DNA from: a virus
Virus record (IMG/VR): IMGVR_UViG_3300042197_000820
Coordinates: 1-64,000 of that record
DNA: 64,000 nucleotides
Strand: one strand, 5' to 3'
The notes beneath the pieces were generated by a model. That model was given only the letters and a program-made list of their open reading frames with translations, made no database searches and was not told where the DNA came from. A program made the position numbers and the translations under genes. This document shows, piece by piece, positions 58,701-64,000 of this stretch. Position 1 is the first letter of the stretch, and each line of letters starts with the position of its first letter.

Positions 58701-58820
58701 GTAATCTACTTTCTGTTCTTTTAGTTTCGAGTACAGATCTTGGAATGCTGCCTTATACTCAAAATGATACTTATAGTTTCGGATGTGGGTATCCGAAATG
58801 TGGGCAATACGAACGCTCAC
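55704..58820 (-). CDS. fused SbcD(Mre11)-SbcC(Rad50) recombination nuclease/ATPase (gp47-gp46-like)
   Basis: SDTH, GDIAH, GNHD, LGDIH phosphoesterase; GKNFSGKSS Walker A, coiled coil with C...CKF hook, SGAE signature, ILDEP, ISH. Confidence 0.93.
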   Translation of the reverse strand: MSVRIAHISDTHIRNYKYHFEYKAAFQDLYSKLKEQKVDYIVHCGDIAHTKTQLSPEFFELASDFLSNLADIAPTYVILGNHDGNLKNSNRQDAITPIAQALGHSNLHLLKNSGEVQLNELVTLNVLSVFDEDKWVKPSDPSKINIALYHGAIGGVQTDIGWTMQGGDHGIDIFSDHDFAFLGDIHKTNQIVDTAGRVRYPGSTIQQNFGETNDKGYLLWDIRGKDDFDCSHIQVANPKPFVTINLTSTGQLPKNTNVPNGARVRLASDYNLTVQQMSRAVELAKHKFSPESVTFLSRADNKRGLGSTAITNVPKENLRDPAILEKFIREYLKDYECTEEVIQKVLELNKKYSAIVEETEEVGRNINWQIKSLEWDNLFNYGEKNRIDFESLSGIVGIFGKNFSGKSSIIDSLLFTIFNTTSKNERKNINVINQQKLSASCLVKIAVNTDIFSIERSLTKYKKKTKTEVVEEAKVELDFVKECTISDTKESMNGVSRVETDHNIRRVFGTIDDFLNTSMSSQLDGLAFVREGSTKRKEIIAKFLDLEIFEKKFRLAKDDSSDLKGALRRLEGRNFDSEIAVAHSELSDSEAELTVMLEKCKLLEQRVLEIETEIKAVEEQIKASSTEVIDGAELRNLISKYSLLALTTDGQIMENQTKIADNLALLEKIHTFLESYDYQGLIVRRENVKVLQEQLTTIEREIKLASSKTSLLDGIPCGTQFPKCKFIRDATEASESIQMKSEQATSLQEKIAEAKPDSIQADLEKYTSIVAKKEQLLGEIKNLDFHVERGQFELRKVNADLESLREKELLYEQTKEQIKNAQGLLVTLNRLKIAHKDAKKSLNDCTDRLTLIHRKIGSAEQKLEMLTNQKDELHALRTEFSAYELFMRCMHSNGIAYDIIKKQLPIINEEITKILSNLTEFNVFFEEEGDKLDIMIKHIDQDPRPLSMASGAEKTMAAMAIRLALLQVSNLPKSDIMILDEPGTALDENHLQTFTQLLDLLKTQFKTILVISHLDSLKDVVDMTIEIGNKDGFAFVNQ

Positions 58821-58842
58821 ACGAACTCCAACTTACGATCTT

Positions 58843-58871
58843 ATTATAACGCGCAGTAGTCAGACGGTCAA
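58843..58871 (-). promoter_or_regulatory. sigma70-like promoter
   Basis: TTGACC-17nt-TATAAT. Confidence 0.8.
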
Positions 58872-58883
58872 GTCAAAAAGATG

Positions 58884-59423
58884 TCACTTAGCGCGACGAG
58901 CCTTACTAGCTTCTATGGCACCGATCTGGGCTAAGGCTTTCTTTTTGCTTGGATGAGACCCAAGCTTTTTCTTTCCTTCCGAATCGTATACGTTCCACTC
59001 ATCGTCTTCGTGTTTTAGCATTTCGTCCAACTCGATTTCGATAGCCCCAGCGTGGCCACCGGCATCACGTTTAGCTAACTCAATACGGTCAGATAGATAA
59101 TGTTTGACTGTACTGAGATAGTCCGAAGCTTTTGCAATCTTAGACTGAATCCAAGCAGGGAGTTGGTCAGTATTCTTCAGCATATCGGTAAGGTCGCAAG
59201 CATACCTAGAAGCTTTGAGAAGTTCCAAACGAGCCATTTCTCCTTCATAATCTGGATCTCCAAGCATGTCGGGTGGAGGCAGTTCTTCACCGTGGTAGTT
59301 CACAAGCTCGACACTTTCCGGTTCTTGTGTGACTTCCATACCCATTTCATCCATGACTTCTTGCAAAGTAGGACCAAGCTCTTCTAACATTAGCTTTTTG
59401 AGCTTTTCATTTGATAACTTCAT
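58884..59423 (-). CDS. hypothetical protein with MKLSNEKLKKLMLEE N-terminus
   Basis: EGEMA...LPAWIQSKI...YL and GKKKLGSH...A.AQ..AIE..K modules seen in large-phage ORFs. Confidence 0.7.
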   Translation of the reverse strand: MKLSNEKLKKLMLEELGPTLQEVMDEMGMEVTQEPESVELVNYHGEELPPPDMLGDPDYEGEMARLELLKASRYACDLTDMLKNTDQLPAWIQSKIAKASDYLSTVKHYLSDRIELAKRDAGGHAGAIEIELDEMLKHEDDEWNVYDSEGKKKLGSHPSKKKALAQIGAIEASKARRAK

Positions 59424-59442
59424 GTTTTCTCCTATAGCTTAG

Positions 59443-60369
59443 TTAGAAACTAAACATTTTCGTAAGTAAATAGTTTGACTGATCGATAAGTGAGGCTTCT
59501 TTCTTTCTCTTTTGGAACTCTTGTTTTGTCATTTCACCAACATCGTTGTAGCCGTCAACATCAACCATGTACACAGGATTATCATAAGCTAGCAACATTT
59601 CGAGAATGTCCATTTCTTTCTTCTTAGCATCACCATCCAGCGCAAGATAAACCGTCGCATTACGCTTGATTATCTCTTGGAATAGACGAGAGTTCTCAGT
59701 CAGTGTAGATCCAAGAAGCGGAACTGCATTATCGGCCTTGATTGCGTCGAATACGCCCTCAACCAGAGTTATGGGTCGATCCCAATCTAAGTAAAGCTCG
59801 TTAAAGATAATGTTCTTTGATGCTTGCGGATTCTTATACTTTGGAAAAGCATTCGTAAATGTACGAGAAATAAAGTAGTTGACCCACCCATCGTTATTAA
59901 ACGAAGGTACGATAATACGGTCGTAATAGGGTCCAGAAGGGCACCATCCGATCTTCCACTTCAGTATGTCTTCTCTCGTCAGGCCGCGCTCATAGAGGTA
60001 TTTGAGAGGCTTTTCAGAGCCGTCTATAAGGGTTCTGTTGGCAAGAGATTCGAACTCTTCAGGCAGGTTGATCAATGTCTCCAGTTGAGGCTTCTTATCC
60101 TGAAAAAGCTCTTCGAACTTAGAAATGTCCACATCGTCTTCATGATAAGACCAGTGTTGCTTGGCGTCAAACGACCCAAACAACTTGACCAATCTACCGA
60201 TACTTTTGCCCGTTGTATTACAAATCCAGCATTTATAAACGTTCTTATCAAAGTTTACGCTTAGCTTATGCTTATGGTGCTTGCAAAATGGGCACTTATA
60301 CAGATACTCTTCGCTCGACCGTCGTGGGAGTCCGAGAACGTCTGTCAGGATTTGTTGTTTTGTTCGCAT
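59443..60369 (-). CDS. DNA primase (Zn finger + TOPRIM)
   Basis: CPFC.H...CWIC, YL.ERG, RIIVP, KYKNP, VEGVFDAI, LDGD, DVG. Confidence 0.92.
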   Translation of the reverse strand: MRTKQQILTDVLGLPRRSSEEYLYKCPFCKHHKHKLSVNFDKNVYKCWICNTTGKSIGRLVKLFGSFDAKQHWSYHEDDVDISKFEELFQDKKPQLETLINLPEEFESLANRTLIDGSEKPLKYLYERGLTREDILKWKIGWCPSGPYYDRIIVPSFNNDGWVNYFISRTFTNAFPKYKNPQASKNIIFNELYLDWDRPITLVEGVFDAIKADNAVPLLGSTLTENSRLFQEIIKRNATVYLALDGDAKKKEMDILEMLLAYDNPVYMVDVDGYNDVGEMTKQEFQKRKKEASLIDQSNYLLTKMFSF

Positions 60370-60878
60370 AAGAAACCTGCTTTAGCAATGATGATTGAGT
60401 CCGCTTTGTCATACGACAGAGGAGCGATAGAACCCGTTCTCGTTAAAGATAACACGAACGATGGTTCATTGTCAATCAGATGCTTCAGCACGACTTCTTT
60501 AGCTTTGACGCCCTTTTCTATTTTGATGCCGCATATCTTTCTAGCTGATGTGGCAGCAATGTATTCAGGTTTGTGGCCGAAAACCTCAAAACAAATCCAA
60601 CTTACCGTACCGTTGAATGAGGATAGGGTTGACAAAGTTTTTGCAGATGAGAAGCCGGTGCTGAATGATTGCAGCGATTTCTCAATGTAAACCTTTTTGA
60701 TTTTGTATTTCTTTGATAACTCAATGATCTGCTTCTTTACATGTGATGCTTTATCAAAGATACAATCAAACTTCTTTTTGTTGCGAAAATCCCAAGCATC
60801 ATTGGTTATGATTTTACCAGAATCGTCTATGATTGTAAAGCCTGTGATGCTTGTCGAAATGTCTAATCCAAGGATCAG
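60345..60878 (-). CDS. RuvC-like Holliday junction resolvase (probable CTG start)
   Basis: Frame extends upstream of the track ORF: (M)ILGLDISTSITG...VYIEKSL...LSSFNG...D.ADS.IIA. Confidence 0.85.
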   Translation of the reverse strand: MILGLDISTSITGFTIIDDSGKIITNDAWDFRNKKKFDCIFDKASHVKKQIIELSKKYKIKKVYIEKSLQSFSTGFSSAKTLSTLSSFNGTVSWICFEVFGHKPEYIAATSARKICGIKIEKGVKAKEVVLKHLIDNEPSFVLSLTRTGSIAPLSYDKADSIIIAKAGFLCEQNNKS

Positions 60879-61444
60879 GGGACACCACGCACTGGATTCA
60901 CATCCACATAATCGACTTGTACCATTCCTAGGTCAGTGAAATGAGTTACCAACTCGGGATGATTATCAACAATCTTTGCAAGTGTATCAACGAAGCTTTG
61001 CTGTGCCGGTGTAAACCCCTCAGTTGGCTTACCATCCCTCATTTTAGCAAGTTTAACTTGCAAATCCATAGTAGCCTCTTCGGCATTTACTTTCGATTTC
61101 AAGTCTGGCTTGCTGTTAATATAATGTTGTAGTGCCCCTAATAAAACTTTCGGTGAAGCCGATTCAGATTTAGCAACTTGCGAAGTTGTTGGTGGGGCTG
61201 GTTCTGCTGCTTTAGCCGATCCGCCGCCCATTGCTAGACTTGCGGCTAAACCTGCTGTTGCTAACCCCCGACCTAGTTTCCCCAAGATACCTTCTTCTAG
61301 ATTCTCTTCATACGCATCTAACATATTTCTAAAAGATTTGTCTAGTTCAGCAAGTTCTTCAGGAGAAAGAGACATACCAGAAGCTTGTTCTGAAACTACA
61401 AACTTAGTCCAGTTTTCCATTATTAGTTTCATAGAAGCCATCAT
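60875..61444 (-). CDS. hypothetical protein with internal signal-peptide-like segment
   Basis: MKLIMENW N-terminus; LEE-GILGKLGRGLATAGLAASLAMGGGSAKA; ACTATTTA upstream. Confidence 0.7.
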   Translation of the reverse strand: MMASMKLIMENWTKFVVSEQASGMSLSPEELAELDKSFRNMLDAYEENLEEGILGKLGRGLATAGLAASLAMGGGSAKAAEPAPPTTSQVAKSESASPKVLLGALQHYINSKPDLKSKVNAEEATMDLQVKLAKMRDGKPTEGFTPAQQSFVDTLAKIVDNHPELVTHFTDLGMVQVDYVDVNPVRGVP

Positions 61445-61467
61445 TTTCCCTCTCTATAAATAGTATT

Positions 61468-62631
61468 TTATAGGTCTAACTTCAGTTTGAAAGTATAGTC
61501 TCTTTCTAATGTCTTTCTAACCGGTTTTGCTAGTTTTGCAATACCAATAATATTCTGGTCTTCATCATATAGGGCGATTTTGGAAATAAAAGTTTGTCTT
61601 TCAAAACTAGCAGTTTGTGTAATATATGAAGCAGAAACTGTATTTTTTATATCTAACTCATTTTCAATAAATCTAGTTTTTGAAACAGAAGCAGATCTGT
61701 TCATCCTTTGAGTATACTTTATGAATGTTGGGTTGTTGCTAAAATCTAGTTCTCCCTGTGGAGCAGCACAAAGCATTGTTATTGTTGGAACAAAGTTTGT
61801 TGCCTCAAAAGTAATATTATAGCTAGAAGAAAGTTCTGCATTTATGGTTGTTCCGTCATTTAGACCAGTTCCAAAATAAATCCATTTAGGCTGATCTGCA
61901 ACTCCCGGCGAATCAGGATAATCATAGGTTTGGCTAGTAATATCCCAAGCACCGGTAAGAATCATAAATCCTTCATCATATAGGACAACACCAGCAACAG
62001 AACCGGAACCAGCAGAACCTGAAGGGCCAACTTGCACCAGTTCTCCATTTCCTCTGACATCTTGTAGTTCTCCTATTAGAGTGCCTGTTATGTAATATTG
62101 AAGGCTTATAGTTTTCTTTCTAAGTTTCGAGCCATAGAAAATGTTTGGAACATTAATCAAGTTCAAAGCCATAGATGACTTATCGCCTAGACTTGAGCTA
62201 AAACTATAGAAAGGTGATTTTACCCTATAATAGTTTAAAGTATTTTTAAGAGCAGTTACTTTTGGACGGCTAGTATTAACAGCAAAAAACTCTCTACTAA
62301 GTGAGGAGGTTAGAGGATAAGTACCCGTGATAACTTGGCCTAATCCATATGCGGTGGCAAACTGCGTATCACTAGTCTCTCTAAAAGCTACAGCTTCACC
62401 GGTTTTTACGGTAAATGGGTATATTAAACCAGTAGTTGTATTTCTGTCTATATTTTCTTCAAACAAAGAAAGGGTTCCAATAGGTGCAGCCACGCTTCCC
62501 GTGAATGAACCTGATTGCAACCCTTTGTTGTTGTAATAAACTTTAGTGTTGTGAACGAAAAACTCTTGCTTTACTTGAGCTTCGATCTGATTTGTAAAAA
62601 TGTCAGTTTCTTTGAACTTATAAAGATACAC
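61468..62631 (-). CDS. putative tail/baseplate structural protein
   Basis: Ser/Thr/Gly-rich; C-terminal IALYDEDQNIIGIAKLAKPVRK...FKLKLDL (tail-collar-like). Confidence 0.6.
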   Translation of the reverse strand: MYLYKFKETDIFTNQIEAQVKQEFFVHNTKVYYNNKGLQSGSFTGSVAAPIGTLSLFEENIDRNTTTGLIYPFTVKTGEAVAFRETSDTQFATAYGLGQVITGTYPLTSSLSREFFAVNTSRPKVTALKNTLNYYRVKSPFYSFSSSLGDKSSMALNLINVPNIFYGSKLRKKTISLQYYITGTLIGELQDVRGNGELVQVGPSGSAGSGSVAGVVLYDEGFMILTGAWDITSQTYDYPDSPGVADQPKWIYFGTGLNDGTTINAELSSSYNITFEATNFVPTITMLCAAPQGELDFSNNPTFIKYTQRMNRSASVSKTRFIENELDIKNTVSASYITQTASFERQTFISKIALYDEDQNIIGIAKLAKPVRKTLERDYTFKLKLDL

Positions 62632-62647
62632 AACACCCTCTCCCGTA

Positions 62648-63751
62648 TTAGTAGTCTAGTCGGACTCTTAGGGTGAGTTCGTTGCTTGGATCCTTGCGAA
62701 GTGGCTCAGAAAGCTTGGCAACTGCCAAGAGTTCACGATCAGCAGAGTACATACCGACCGAGGTGACGTATGCTACTGGCGGATCTGTCCTTCGTGTTTT
62801 AACACGGATCTGGCTGGAGCTTAGGTAAGTTGGATTTGCACTATAGTTAAACTCATTATGATTTACCCGGCAGAAGTAGACAGTAGAGTTCAACTCTGTA
62901 GTATTATTGAACGACATGTTGTAAATACGATTACGCAAGAATGCCGAACCAGAATCGATTGGCTGTGTTGTTGCGATTGTTGTAAAGTTAGCGCCAGAAC
63001 CAGACAGTGAACCAGCGGTCATGGAAGCTGACAAAATACCATTATTGGCTGTATTATAAAATAGTTCTAATGCATTAAGAACAACAATACCGGCTTGATA
63101 GTAAATCAAACCTACTGGTTGGGCTGAAGCACCGCCAGCCTGAATGCTGGTACCGTCAATCGGGGAGCCAGCAGAGTTAGTAGCATATAGAATACCATAT
63201 TCTCCAGCGGGAGAGTTAATACGGTAAGTTGTAGCAGCACCAGAATCGATTATTGATATTCTGTTAGTAAAATCTGAAGGGGCACTGAATGTACCAGTTA
63301 CCCCCAACTCCATAGAGAATGTGCCCTTCTTAATCTCATCTTTTGTTAAAAGACGCGAAAAACTTAAGAATAAGGCACCATTGATCTTGTCACCGGCTGT
63401 TAAGTTTCCGTCCTGATCAAACTGACGGACTGAACCTGTCTCATCGAAACCTACAAGAACTTGCGCCATCTGGTTGTAAATGGCTCCTTTCTTAGCTTGT
63501 TGATTTGTGACAGAAGAATAGGAACCCCAAGCAGGACTAGTTGCCAACGTGATATCGAAGATATGGTTAGCTGACGAAGAGAGATAAGGGTAATCATAGA
63601 CTGATGTGAACATCCCGTGTGAGTATGTCTTGATATTATTACCAGAATATGTACCAGATACGATAGAACCAGTAATCGGAATAGACTCATTCAAGAGTGT
63701 TCTTGTATTGGTTATATCATTAGATGAAAACGATTTATAAACGCTAGCCAT
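62648..63751 (-). CDS. putative tail/baseplate structural protein (paralogous C-terminus)
   Basis: FNYSANPTY; VGMYSADRELLAVAKLSEPLRK...RVRLDY. Confidence 0.6.
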   Translation of the reverse strand: MASVYKSFSSNDITNTRTLLNESIPITGSIVSGTYSGNNIKTYSHGMFTSVYDYPYLSSSANHIFDITLATSPAWGSYSSVTNQQAKKGAIYNQMAQVLVGFDETGSVRQFDQDGNLTAGDKINGALFLSFSRLLTKDEIKKGTFSMELGVTGTFSAPSDFTNRISIIDSGAATTYRINSPAGEYGILYATNSAGSPIDGTSIQAGGASAQPVGLIYYQAGIVVLNALELFYNTANNGILSASMTAGSLSGSGANFTTIATTQPIDSGSAFLRNRIYNMSFNNTTELNSTVYFCRVNHNEFNYSANPTYLSSSQIRVKTRRTDPPVAYVTSVGMYSADRELLAVAKLSEPLRKDPSNELTLRVRLDY

Positions 63752-63766
63752 TTTGTTATTCCTTTA

Positions 63767-64000
63767 TCAGATCTTTATATATCTAACTGGTATTTCAATC
63801 TTATATCCAGTGGTGATACCTTCTACCTCTATAAAGGTATCGATATACTTAACGCTAACAGTGTTAACAGTACCTGTTCCGCCCAACTCTGTAAATAGAG
63901 CGTTAGAGCTTCGTAGATTTTCACTAGCGGCGATTTTAAAGGCCAAAGTGGTGCCTCTTGAACCAGCAATAACTTCCGTATTTGGAGAGTCACTTGTGAC
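63767..64000 (-). CDS. 3' part of structural-type protein (enters from outside the window)
   Basis: Open frame ending ...TGYRLKIPVRYIKI-TGA just upstream of the next gene's RBS. Confidence 0.6.
   Translation of the reverse strand, partial: VTSDSPNTEVIAGSRGTTLAFKIAASENLRSSNALFTELGGTGTVNTVSVKYIDTFIEVEGITTGYKIEIPVRYIKI

Noticed and set aside
1-64000. Alternative genetic code (TAG/TGA reassignment)
   Set aside because: Conserved genes are full length under code 11, and TAA, TGA and TAG all occur as stops at expected gene ends.
1-64000. CRISPR array, tRNA genes, introns/inteins
   Set aside because: No regularly spaced repeats or cloverleafs were seen in the short intergenic gaps; DnaE, RNR, helicase, RecA and terminase show no obvious intein-sized insertions. 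Not scanned computationally.

Overview
A 64 kb segment of a large T4-like (jumbo-type) myovirus genome. Essentially all real genes are on the minus strand, densely packed and in the standard genetic code. Positions ~0.2-23 kb hold DNA metabolism, replication and repair genes: IMPDH/GMP reductase, dUTPase, UvsE, a DnaE-type family C polymerase, ThyX, GroES-like, Dps, class II RNR, DnaB-like helicase, 5'-3' exonuclease, deaminase, RecA, gp32-like SSB, a divergent tubulin/FtsZ-like protein and a minimal family A polymerase. Positions ~23-55 kb hold the endolysin and virion morphogenesis genes: baseplate, tape measure, tail tube and sheath, neck, major capsid, scaffold, ribosomal protein bS21, prohead protease, portal and terminase. 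Positions ~55-64 kb hold a lysis-like membrane cluster, a fused SbcD-SbcC nuclease, primase, RuvC and tail/baseplate proteins. Two promoter classes are visible: sigma70-like TTGACN-17-TATAAT before replication genes, and a recurrent ACTA(T/C/A)TTA element before late genes. The most intriguing signal is a set of late proteins with shared N-terminal pro-peptides and gp21-type cleavage sites. Cleavage would expose amphipathic, fusion-peptide-like or signal-peptide-like N-termini, suggesting a protease-activated virion cargo system. Also noted: a probable tail-chaperone frameshift, a CTG-initiated RuvC, an unannotated Cys-rich peptide followed by hairpins, and an RBS-occluding hairpin. All product calls come from motif recognition by eye; no database searches were run.
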